This document shows positions 32,894 through 44,979 of a stretch of 64,000 nucleotides of DNA, piece by piece. Location of the stretch: contig OZ287084.1 in NCBI GenBank assembly GCA_965645245.1, positions 1,054,001 to 1,118,000 on the forward strand, written 5' to 3'. The notes beneath the pieces are model-generated. The model saw nothing but the letters and a program-made list of their open reading frames with translations. It had not been told where the DNA came from and searched no databases. How positions within the stretch are numbered: position 1 is the stretch's first letter; the number at the start of each line of letters is the position of its first letter. The position numbers and the translations under genes are program-made. The stretch is from Massalongia carnosa. Lineage: Eukaryota.

Positions 32894-35800
32894 TCAAATA
32901 TATGCTCCCATATTGATTTATTGTTCAATAAATCTTCAGCAGTGTTTTCAGGACTAGTAGTCAGAACGATATTTTGACCCGTTTTGGACTTTTCGACCGT
33001 GTTGACAACGATAGTCAATTTCGCGTCTTTAAAAAGCGAATTGATTTGGTTTCGAAGCAACAGTGAATCAATGTCGCCGATTTGAGCTTTCGGTGTAATT
33101 ATTAATCGTCTTGATTTAATCGCGTTGAAATCGTCCGTATTATCGAATTTGTTCAAATTAGAATTAGTATTCGATTTTTTCGATCGAGAAACGGTGGTCC
33201 AATTTTCGGAATTAGCAGTTGCTTTTCCGAGTATTTGACTCCATGTTTTAGTTGACTCATTCAGCTGCGGCCCCGGGACCCCGGCTGTTTCCCTTCGAAT
33301 AGCTTGGTTGACCTTTTTAGTCAAATTCGAATTACCATTCGAATTTGCTTGCTTAGGTCGCACTGATTGTCCCGTTGTTTCTGGAATTTTGCTAGTTTAT
33401 TCCAGCACCCTATGCAATTTCCAATCAATCATTTCCAGGGTTGCTTTAGGCTTGATTGATTTCTTTGTCAGTAGAGAATTGATATTATCAATAACAATAG
33501 CCGTTTCGGGATTTTGATCTAGTACGAATGACTCCAATAGTGCGTTTTTAGCCGTATTCAGTAGTTGAATTTATTTCGTTCGATTGATAACTTCTTGACT
33601 TTCAATCGAATACTCGTCAAATGTTCGTCTTTTATTGCGTTTGATTGGCGGGCTTAGTCCAATATTCGAATTTAATGACGGCATAGGTAAATTAGTAGTA
33701 AATTCACCAGATGGAGCAATAAAGGCTTTCGCTTTAGGGGTCGGTATGGAGGGTGCGGACGAAAATTTCCCTGACTGGTCCATAGCTTCTATAAACTCGT
33801 CGGGGAACTATCATTTTTCAAGGACGAACTCCATTGCAACATCGTCAATAAAATGCACTTAATAAGCAAAAGTACCCAATGATTTGATATTCTATAACTC
33901 CTACAGTCAATTAATCCCATCTTTCTCAGTCATTTAAGCTTCTCTAGAGCAAAAATGCACTCAAATTGAGTGTGGGAGAGCTTCCGCAAAGCTCTTGCAG
34001 TGTTTTTCAGCTGGTCTTATGCGACCGACGCCAAAATAGCCAACTAAGTACAGAGACACCGCACTGAAGCAGCAACAGTACCGTCGATTTTGATACTCTG
34101 AAACTTTCGCAATAGATTCTTCCTATCTTTCTCATTCATTTAAGCCCTTCTTGAGCAAAAACGCACCAGAATTGGGTACGGTAGAGCTCCTTCAAGGCTC
34201 CTGCAGAGTTTTTCTGCTGGTCGCATCCATCCAACTCACTCCAAAAAACGCTCCCTAAAATTTACCAAAAACAAAAAACATCTACAATTCTATCAAAAAT
34301 CGCTCAATTTTCGATATCTCTTCGATTTGATTGTCGCATAGACCTCATTTATTATCACTGAAATCAGCAACAAAAAACACTGACTGTGGCGTTACTGTAC
34401 ACCTGTTGTTGTCGCGTCAAAATCTTTGAAGTTCATATTCATATTTAAGGTTTCTGGTGCCTGCGCAAGCAGTATATTTCTTACATATTCAGAGCATATT
34501 TCGTGCATAATTCTATTTTAGGTTTTCTTGTTTATCATTGAACGGCCAGACCAACAATCTACTTTCGGACATCCATCTCTCAACATTAGACGGCCCGCTG
34601 AAAGGAAGGGGAAAAAGTCTGGAATAGGGTTACACCAAAGGCCCTGTTTCAGGCTAATCAGAATAGGAGGTCCCTATTTTCTATATCGTACTTGATTTTA
34701 TTTTTGATTAAAAAAAAAAGCACTAAAATTATCCTATTTGATCAAAATTTTCATTATTTTCAACTACCGTAGTGTCTGGTAAAGGGTTAAATCAGACTTA
34801 CTGCCTAAGCGAGGAACGGTCTACTTTAACCCGATTAGGATTTATTTGACTTGTTATTGTGAATTAAATAGGAGGAGAGAAAGAGTTATTTGACCAGTAA
34901 ATCGGTGTAATTTCTATTCTGACTAGTACGTCTGGGGAACGTCAGAATAAACTATTTAGTGGTGATAAAAGGGATATAGAAAAGGCATGTTCAACCAGGT
35001 AATAAACCTGGTAGCACACTTGGCACTCCCTAGAACTAGGTGATTTTTAGCGAGACCACCCCCCCAAGGCCCCCCACCTAGAAATTTATCGGCCCGCCCA
35101 AGTACCCCCCCGGGTCCCCCCCAAAACGACTCTCCCGCGCCATCTTCAGTAGCCATGATAGGGAGCTCACCCCCATCCGACGAGTTTATAGAAGCTATAG
35201 ACCAGTAAGTGAAATTTTCGTCCGTACCCTCCATACCGACCCCTAAAGCGAAAGCCTTTATTGCTCCATCTGGTGAATTTACTACTAATTTACCTATGCC
35301 GTCATTAAATTCGAATATTGGACTAAGCCCGCCAATCAAACGCAATAAAAGACGAACATTTGACGAGTATTCGATTGAAAGTCAAGAAGTTATCAATCGA
35401 ACGAAATCAAATCAACTACTGATTACTGCTAAAAACGCACTATTGGAGTCATTCATACTAGATCAAAATCTCGAAACGGCTATTGTTATTGATAATATCA
35501 ATTCTCTACTGACAAAGAAATCAATCAAGCCTAAAGAACCCCTAGAAATGATTGATTGGAAATTAAATAGGGTGCTGGAACAATCTAGCAAAATTCCAGA
35601 AACAACGGGAAAATCAGTGCGACCTAAGCAAGCAAATTCGAATGGTAATTCGAATTTGACTAAAAAGGTCAACCAAGCTATTCGAAGGGAAACAGCCGGG
35701 GTCCCGGGGCCGCAGCTGAATGAGTCAACTAAAATATGGAGTCAAATGCTCGGAATAGCAACTGCTAATTCCGAAAATTGGACCACCGTTTCTCGATCGA

Positions 35801-38800
35801 AAAAATCGAATACTAATTCTAATTCGAACAAATTCGATAATACGGACGATTTCAACGCGATTAAATCAAGACGATTAATAATCACACCGAAAGCTCAAAT
35901 CGGCGATATCGATTCACTGTTGCTTCGAAACCAAATCAATTCGCTTTTTAAAGACGCGAAATCACAACATCACCAAAAATCGCTCTTTTTTCTTGTTTTC
36001 TTCTGTTATGTTGTCGCATTCTCCTCAATTATTGCTACAAGAATTATCTACAAAAATATCTACTCTCGCGGTACTGTACAACAACTGTCGCGAAGGAGCC
36101 ACCGCTCACACCAAAGACCACCTATCGAAACAAAAGTACCGCAACTTTTGATACTCTAAAACTTTCACAGTCAATTGAACATCTCTTTCTCAGTCATTTG
36201 AGCTCCTCCAGAGCAAAAACGGACTCAGATTGAGTGTAGGAGAGCTCTAGCAAAGCTCCAGCAGAGATTTTCTGCTGGTCGCACGCGACAGACGTGATAA
36301 AGCGCGCTCAAGAAGTTATAAAAAACAACAAATACCAACAATATCACCAAAAATCGCTCTTTTTTCTCACTTTCTTCTGTTCTGTTGTCGCATTACCCTC
36401 AATTATTACTACAAGAATTATCTACAAAAAATATCTACTGTCGCGGTACTGTACAACAACTGTCGCGACGACCAACTTTTTTGAAGTTCATTTCTCATTT
36501 AAGGTTACGGGAACTTCCGCAAGCTCAAATATTCACAGTATATTTCACGTATAATTTCTGCATATACCATTTTAGGCTTTATCGATCTCCATTGAACGGC
36601 CGGTCAACAGATCACTGAAAAGAAGGGGAAAAACGTCTGGAATAGGATTATACCAAAGATCCTATTTCAGATTAATCAGAATAGGAAGTCTCTTATTATC
36701 TTACCTTGCCTTAGATCTATTTTTATCGCAAAAAAGCAAAAAAAAACCTTTCATTATTTTCAACTATTGTAGTGTCTGGTAAAGGGTTAAATAAGATTTA
36801 CTGCCTAAGCGAGGAACGGTCTATTTTAGCCCGATTAGGATTTATTTGACGAGTTATTGTCATATAAATAGGGATAGGAAAGCAAGAGTCGTTAGACCTG
36901 TAAATTGGTGTAAATTTCTATTCTGATTAGTACGTCCGGGGAACATCAGAATAAATTATTTGGTGGTGATAAAAGGGATATTGAAAAGGCATATCGATTT
37001 ATTTATTAAATCATGTTCAATCCGGTACTCCCTAGGACTCGACGAATTATATCGAGAGCCTCCCCGGGAACACCCCTGAGCACTCCTCAAAACCCTCCCC
37101 AAATGGAATCTCCGGGGCTCTCGTCAGTAGGACTTATAGAAAAATCGCCTGTACTTGACGAGCCTATGGATCAATCACATGAATATTCGTCCGCCCCGAC
37201 TACGCCGACCCCAAAAGCAACCAAATTCCCATCTGGACAATTTACTACCAATCTACCCATGCCATCGTTAAATTCTAATATAGAATTAAGCCCGCCCATC
37301 AAACGTAACAAACGAAAAACATTCGACGAACGAGTAGAGGAAAGCCAAGAAGCAATCAATCGAGCACAATCGATTGGATTACTCAAAACGGCTAAAACCG
37401 CGTTATTGAAGTCATTTGTCTTAGATCAAAATCCAGAAACAGCAATAGTCATTGATAATGTCAATTCCTTATTGACAAAAAAATCAATTAATATCAAAAC
37501 AACACTAGACATGATGAATTGGAAATTGGACTAGGTAATTGATCAGACTAGTAATCGAACCTCAGAAACAACGCGAAATTCGACTCGGGTTCAACAATTC
37601 AATATGACTGAAAATCCAAATAAAGTCGTCAACACGAACGCACGAAAGGAAACCGCCGTGGTTACGAGTACAAAGGTCAATAACAGGCCTCCATCCTGGA
37701 GTCAAATGCTTGGAAAAGCAACTGCGAATTCCGAAAATTGGACCACTGTTTCCAGATCGAAAAATTCGAGTCAAACCTCGAACAAACTCGACAAAACCGA
37801 CGAATTAAATGCAATCAAACTCAGACGACTGATAATTACACCAAAAATTCAAATCGGCGATATCGACTCATTGAAACTTGGAGATCAAATCAACGCGCAA
37901 TTCAGCAACGCGAAGTTAGATATCGTAATCAACACGGTCGAAAAATCGAAAACCGGTCAGAATATCGTTCTCACTACTAGTTCGAAAAACACTGCTGCAG
38001 AATTGTTGGAAAACAAATCTATATGGGAACATATGTTCGATGCACAAAGAATTCGAAAAGACGAATCCTGGTTTAAAGTGATCGCACATGGAGTAAATAT
38101 TGCAACGTTTGATCAAAATATGCAATTTTTGCAAAATGAAATCCAGAAATTCAACCTTAACATGGAATTGTGCGATTTACCCAGATGGCTAGCGCGAGAT
38201 CGCGAAAACAAAGTCAATTCTTTGGTCGTTTTGACTTTTAACGATCGAAATCAGGCCTTAAACGCGTTAAAAGGCATAAATATCGCGGGAAAACACTGTG
38301 ACACGGAACTATTTACTTCCGTTCGTCCGAATACACAATGTATTAATTGTCAAAAATTCGGACACAAGCATTATCAGTGTCGAAACAAATCAAAATGCAA
38401 TATTTGTGCACAAAATCATGAAACACGTAATCATGAATGCATAACATGCAAATCGAAAACTGCATGTGCACACGTTGTTGTAAAATGTGCAAACTGCAAT
38501 AAAAATCATCAATCAAATGATGAACATTGTGAAATGTTTACTGCATTAAATCCACGAAAATCGGCTGACGAATTATCCGCCTTATAATGGCAGGACAGCA
38601 TTCGTTGGCAAATATAGAAAATACTCACAATGTCAAATTTATTCAACACAACTGTGGAAGGTCAACGAATGCAATGATTTCGTGTTTGGAATATGCTTTA
38701 TCAAATCAAATTGATATTGTTTTGTTTCAGGAACCATGGACACGAGATCAAAAAACAATATCACATCCGTCATTTACATGCATTATGCCGAAAACAGCGA

Positions 38801-41800
38801 CTTATCGCTCGAGAGAAGCTATATTTGTCACAAAATGCAATCCCAAACTGCAATGCACGCCTAGAACGGATCTGATTGACGATTCCGATATGCAAATTAT
38901 TGAAATTACAATTGATGAAATTCGAAAAGTGCAGATTTTCAATATTTATAACGAAAAAAGTCAAAATGATCGAGAAACATACACGATCGATCGACTTTTA
39001 ATCAAATATCAACCTACATCAACTAATCAATTCATCATATGTGGAGATTTCAATGCACATCATAACTGGTGGAATTCGAAAATTCAACACGCAATTCGAT
39101 CAGAAAATTTAGTCAAATGGTTGAAAATAAACAAATGTAGTTTGATAAACACACCTGATTTATGCACATTCTACTCCCATTCTGGAAGTTAATCATCTGT
39201 TATTGATTTAACATTTGCAAATTCCAAAATCGAAAATGCAATTACAAACTGGGCAATCGATGAAAACGTAGTCACAGGTTCAGATCATGAAGTTATCCGA
39301 TTTGAACTAATCGCATCTTTCAAGAATTTGACGTCACATGCAACCGCATTATCGAATAAATAAAATTGTAATAAAGCCGATTGGAATAAATTCGCGAAGT
39401 TTCTAGACGAAAATTCAATCAACTACGAATCAAAAGTTCAAAGTTTATTGAATAATCATCAATTCGACGAATCAGCGATACATTTGCAAAAAATTATCAA
39501 AAACGCGGCTGAAATGTTTATTCCGAAAACAAAAATATGTGCAAAATCGAAAAATTGGTGGTCGCAAGATTTAACCGAACTTCGAAAAATCATGTGCAGT
39601 CATCGTCGAGAATGGAAGAATTATCTGTCCGATTTTAGTCATCGGACGTTTAAACATAGTCGAATTGAGTATTTTCATGCAATTCGAAAAGCAAAACAAT
39701 AAACTTGGTTGACTTTTCTAGAAAATGCAGCGAATAAAGACGTGTTTACCGCGTATAAATATACTAAACCGCGCATATTCGAAAAAATACCGCCGATTCT
39801 ACATGAAAATAAGCTTAATGTTCAGTTTGATGACAAATGCGATGCGTTTGTGTCAGCAATGTACACAAAAAACACATTTATAGACGATAATGTCGAAGAT
39901 TTACCAAATGAAGACAGCGAAAATGATGATAATTGGTCAGATTTTACCGAAAACGAGCTGCAAAATGCGATTAATTTATTTAATCCGAAGAAAGCATGTG
40001 GACCTGATGCAATCAATTTTACAATTGTTCAAAAATCGTTTCAATCGTTGAAAAACGTGTTTTTCATGATTTATTCGAAATTCATTCGAATCGGTTATCA
40101 CCCGTTATGCTGGCGGACAGGACTCGGTGCAGTTCTGAAAAAACCTTATAAATCAGACTATTCGCTACCAAAATCATATCGAATTATCATATTACTAAAT
40201 TGTCTTGGTAAAATTGCTGAGAAAATCGTTGCAAATCGACTAGCCTACTTCGGCGAAAATTCGAATTTACTAGATATCGAACAGATGGGCGGACGCAAAA
40301 ATCATTCTGCAATTGACGCAGTAATGAACGTCGTTCATGATATCGAAATTGCGAATCGAAATAAAAGCGTTTTATCCTGTTTATTACTCGATGTCAAAGG
40401 CGCATTTGACTTTGTCTCGATTAATCAACTGCTAAATGTCATGAAAAAGCTGAAATTATCTCGCATAATAATTCAATGGGTCAAGCATTTCATGACAAAA
40501 CGATCGATCAATTTGATATTTGATGAAAACAAAAGCAAAACATATTATGTCGAATCAGGAATTCCACAAGGTTCACCAATCTCGCCTATTCTATTTCTGA
40601 TTTACATTCGTCACTTGTTTCCGAAAATACGAATGAAATTTAATGCACATTCTCCCAGTTTTATTGACGATGTTGCAATATATGTCGAAAATAAAACTGC
40701 AAAACAAAATTGCAAAGAAATCGAAATCATAGTCAAAACAGCTTTTGATTGGGCCGCATCGAATAATGTCAAATTTGATGACGATAAATCCGAGCTGATT
40801 CACTTCGAAAAGACAAGAAATGTATCGAAAGACACATTGGAATTACCAAACGGGACAGTCCTAGAACCGAAAAATGTAGTCAAATGGTTGGGCGTCTGGT
40901 TAGACCGGAAACTGAATTTCAAAAAACACGTCGAAACGCGAATTTCTTCTGCGAATCGATCGTTTTTTGCAATTCAGAATTTGATGAAATCCGAATGGGG
41001 TCTGAAACCGACCGCATGCAGACAGCTCTATTTGTCATGCATTATTCCTATTTCGGACTATGGCTCAGAAATTTGGTATAATGGTCAAAAGAAATATAAA
41101 AAACTATTTCAGAACCTACAAAATCGAATGATTCGAAAGATTTTAGGAACTTTCAAAACCACACCTATTCAGGCGATGGAAATTGAATCACATGTTTTAC
41201 CAGTTAAACTTCGATTATTAATGAAAAATCAAAAATACGCAATTCGATTATTGAAGATTGCCGAAAATAACCCTATTTGTCAAAGAATTCCAAATACATA
41301 TTCGATAAAATTCGAAAACATCGGTTTTGACACTAGTTTATGGAACAACAAATATGCCGAATGGAACGAAGACGAAAAACAAACAAATAAACGACATCCT
41401 AGTCAGCTCATTCGCGTTCTTCATTCCGTTTCCGACATAGTTCACAAAACTGATGAGTTTGAACAATCAAATCATTTTATTAAACCTTGGAAATCGCCGT
41501 GCAAAATCGAATTTCAAATCGAAAATACAAAGGAATCTGCTAAATCAAGTTATTATTCGACCTTATACAAAATTCAATCAATGAACTCCGATAAATCCCG
41601 AGTTTTACTTTATACGGATTGATCAAAAATCGAATTTGCAACGTCTGCAGTCACATTTGCGCCAATTATGAGGAATTGGAGTAGTATTATCAATAATTTT
41701 GATCGATTTATCGAAAAAGATTGTCTATCAAGTATCATACGATTTCGAAAAGCTGGAAATTAAGCAAACAGTCAAGTATTAAAAATGCTGAACTGCATGC

Positions 41801-43320
41801 AATTTTACAAGCAATGAAATGGGTCTATAAATTGTCTAATAATAATATTTTATCGAACTTGGAAAAAACGATTTGGATTTTTTCTGATAGTATAAACGCG
41901 ATAAACGAAATTCATAACTTGACAAATCATATTTTCGCAAGACAAATTCGAAAGCTCGCAAAACGCTTATTTGAAAGCAATTATCAGGTGATTTTGCAAT
42001 GGGTTCCGAGTCATTCGAATATTACCGAAAACGAAATTGCAGACAAAATAGCAAAGACGGGCCATAATCAAATCCTAGTCGAGTCCTCGGCTATAACATT
42101 TGATTATGTAAAAGATCAAATAAATCAAAATATGCTAACCACATGGACGAATCAATGGCAACGATGCAAATCAAAAGGCAAATACTACGAGAAATTCGAA
42201 ATGAAACCTGGCATATCGAGATTTTATTATTTATCAAACAACTGTTCCAAATTGATATTTGCCACTATTATGCAATTAAAATTCGGACACGGCTATTTTC
42301 GATCATATTTACATCGATTGAAAGATTATAATTCGTCAAAATGCTCAAATCGATGCAATCAACGACAAACGCCAGAACACTTGTTATTAAATTGCATTCA
42401 CTATTTCGATGAAATTCAAAACATGAAACAAACCATCGATACAACGATCAACTTGAACCGCAACTTTTGATACACTATAACTTTAACAGTCAATTGAGCC
42501 TCTATTTCTCAGTCATTTGCGCTCCTCCAGAGTTAAAACGCTCTCAGATTGAGTGTAAGAGAGCTCTAGCAAAGCTCCAGCAGAGTTTTTCTGCTGGTCG
42601 CACGCGACCGACGTGATAAAGCGCGCTCTAGAAGTTGGAAAAAACAACAAATACCAACAACCTCACCAAAAATCGCTCTTTTTTCTTGTTTTCTTCTGTT
42701 CTGTTGTCGCATGACCTTCAATTATTACTATAAAAATTATCTACAAAAATTATCTACTCTCGCGGGACTGTACAACAACTGTCGCGACGTCAGAGTCTTC
42801 TAAAGTTCATTCCTCATTTAAGGTTACGGGAACTTCCGCAAGCACAAATTTTCATAGCATATTTCACGTATAATTTTTGCACATTCCATTTTCGGCTTTA
42901 TAGATCTTCGTTGAACGGCCGGTCAACAGATCACTGAAAAGAAGGGGAAAAACGTCTGGAATAGGATTATACCAAAGGTCCTGTTTCAGATTAATCAGAA
43001 TAGGAAGTCTCCTATTGTCTTACATTGCATTAAAATTTATCTTTATTGAAAAAAGCAAAAAAAAACTTTCATTATTTTCACCTATTGTAGTGTCTGGTAA
43101 AGGGTTAAATAAGACTTACTGCCTTAGCGAGGAACGGTCTATTTTAACCCGATTAGGATTTATTTGACGCGTTATAGTCAAATAAATAGGGATAGGAAAG
43201 AAAGAGTCATTTGACCAGTAAACAAACAGGTGTAAATTCTATTCTGACTAGTACGTCCGGGGAAAGTCAGAATAAATTATTTGGTGGCGATAAAAGGGAT
43301 ATTGCAAAGGCAAAAACACT

Positions 43321-44979
43321 ATGCTCAATCGAAGATTTAACCCGATAGGTCATAGACCAAATCGATTGATACCAACAACTCCTCCCCCAGGCCCCCCTCC
43401 ACAACATCTATGGGTCCCCCCGAGTACTCCCCCGTGCCCCCCCCGAACCGACTCCCCCACGCCATCTTCGGTAGCGATAATTGGGAGCAACCCCCTAACC
43501 GTAGAATCCACGGAGGCCATGGACCAAACGCGAGAATTTTCGTCCGCACCGTCCACACCCACCCCAAAAACGAAACCTTTTGTCGCGCCATCTGGTGAAT
43601 TCAGTACCAATCTGCCCATGCCATCATTGAATTCTGATATTCGACTGAGTCCACCAATTAAACGCAACAAAAGACGAACATTTGACGAACATTCGATTGA
43701 GAGTCAAGAAGTCATCAATCGATCAAAATCGATTCAACTATTGAATACGGCAAAAAATGCATTATTAGAGTCATTCGTAATAGATCAAAACCCCGAAACG
43801 GCTATGGTCATCGATCACGTCAATTCTCTACTGGCAAAGAAATCGATCAAGCCAAAAGCAACGTTAGAAATGATTGATTGGAAATTGAATAGGGTGCTAG
43901 AACAAACTAGCCAAATTCCAGAAACAAAGAGACAATCGGTGCATCCTATACAGACAAAATCGAAGGGAAATTCAAATGGAAATTCGAATTTGACTCAAAA
44001 CGTCAACCCAGAAATTCGGAGCGAAACCGCCGGAGTCCCAGGGCCGCAGGTCAACGATACAGCTAGAACATGGAGCCAAATGCTCGGAAAAGCGACTGTC
44101 AATTCCGAAAATTGGACTACCGTTCCTCGATCCAAAAAAACAAACAAGAACAACAACAATAATTCGAATGCGAACAAATTCGATAATACTGACGATTTCA
44201 AGGCGATCAAATCTCGACGATTGATAATCACACCGAAAGCTCAAATCGGCGATATCGATTCACTGTTACTTCGAAACCAAATCAATTCGCTGTTTAAAGA
44301 CGCGAAATTGACTATCGTTGTTAACACGGTCGAAAAGTCCAAAAAGGGTCAAAACATCGTTCTGACTACTAGTCCTGATAACACTGCTGAAGATTTATTG
44401 AACAATAAATCAATATGGGAGCATTTATTCGACCCACGAACAGTTCGAAAGGACGAATCGTGGTTCAAAGTCGTTGCACACGGTGTAAATATTGCAACAT
44501 TTGATGAAAACATGCAATATTTGCAAGACGAAATTCAAAAGTTCAATTCGAACATGCAATTATGCGATGTTCCCAGATGGCTAGCACGTGATCGTCATAA
44601 CAAGATCAAATCATCCGTTGTTTTGACATTCAATGATCGAAATATGGCCTTGAACGCGTTAAAAGGAGTCAATATCGCGGGCCGACATTGTGACACGGAA
44701 ATATTTACCTCCGTTCGTCCAAACACACAATGCATTAATTGTCAAAAATTTGGACACAAGCATTATCAATGCAAAAGTCAATCGAAATGCAGCATATGTG
44801 CGCAAAACCATGAAACACGCAATCATGAATGCACAACATGCAAGTCAAAAATTGCTTGTGCACACGCCGTCGTCAAATGCGCGAATTGCAACAAGAATCA
44901 TCAATCCAATGATGAAAATTGTGAAATGGTTATATCGTTAAATGTTCGAAAATCGACTGACGAATTAGCCGCTTTGTAA
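43321..44979 (+). CDS. LINE ORF1, gag-like nucleic-acid-binding protein
   Basis: 552 aa with Cys/His knuckles CINCQKFGHKHYQC, CSICAQNH and CANCNKNH. Confidence 0.93.
   Translation: MLNRRFNPIGHRPNRLIPTTPPPGPPPQHLWVPPSTPPCPPRTDSPTPSSVAIIGSNPLTVESTEAMDQTREFSSAPSTPTPKTKPFVAPSGEFSTNLPMPSLNSDIRLSPPIKRNKRRTFDEHSIESQEVINRSKSIQLLNTAKNALLESFVIDQNPETAMVIDHVNSLLAKKSIKPKATLEMIDWKLNRVLEQTSQIPETKRQSVHPIQTKSKGNSNGNSNLTQNVNPEIRSETAGVPGPQVNDTARTWSQMLGKATVNSENWTTVPRSKKTNKNNNNNSNANKFDNTDDFKAIKSRRLIITPKAQIGDIDSLLLRNQINSLFKDAKLTIVVNTVEKSKKGQNIVLTTSPDNTAEDLLNNKSIWEHLFDPRTVRKDESWFKVVAHGVNIATFDENMQYLQDEIQKFNSNMQLCDVPRWLARDRHNKIKSSVVLTFNDRNMALNALKGVNIAGRHCDTEIFTSVRPNTQCINCQKFGHKHYQCKSQSKCSICAQNHETRNHECTTCKSKIACAHAVVKCANCNKNHQSNDENCEMVISLNVRKSTDELAAL

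Larger units (their letters stand above)
24838..33803 (-). mobile_element. LINE family A copy 1 (Tad1/I-like), 5'-truncated in ORF1, carrying three insertions
   Basis: Poly(A) tail near 24840. ORF2 pieces 25070-32131 and ORF1 pieces 32131-33783 rejoin across TSDs. Confidence 0.92.

Noticed and set aside
42912..42930. HDV-like ribozyme starting GGCCGG in the LINE leader
   Set aside because: No P1 partner, P3/L3 or J4/2 could be built.
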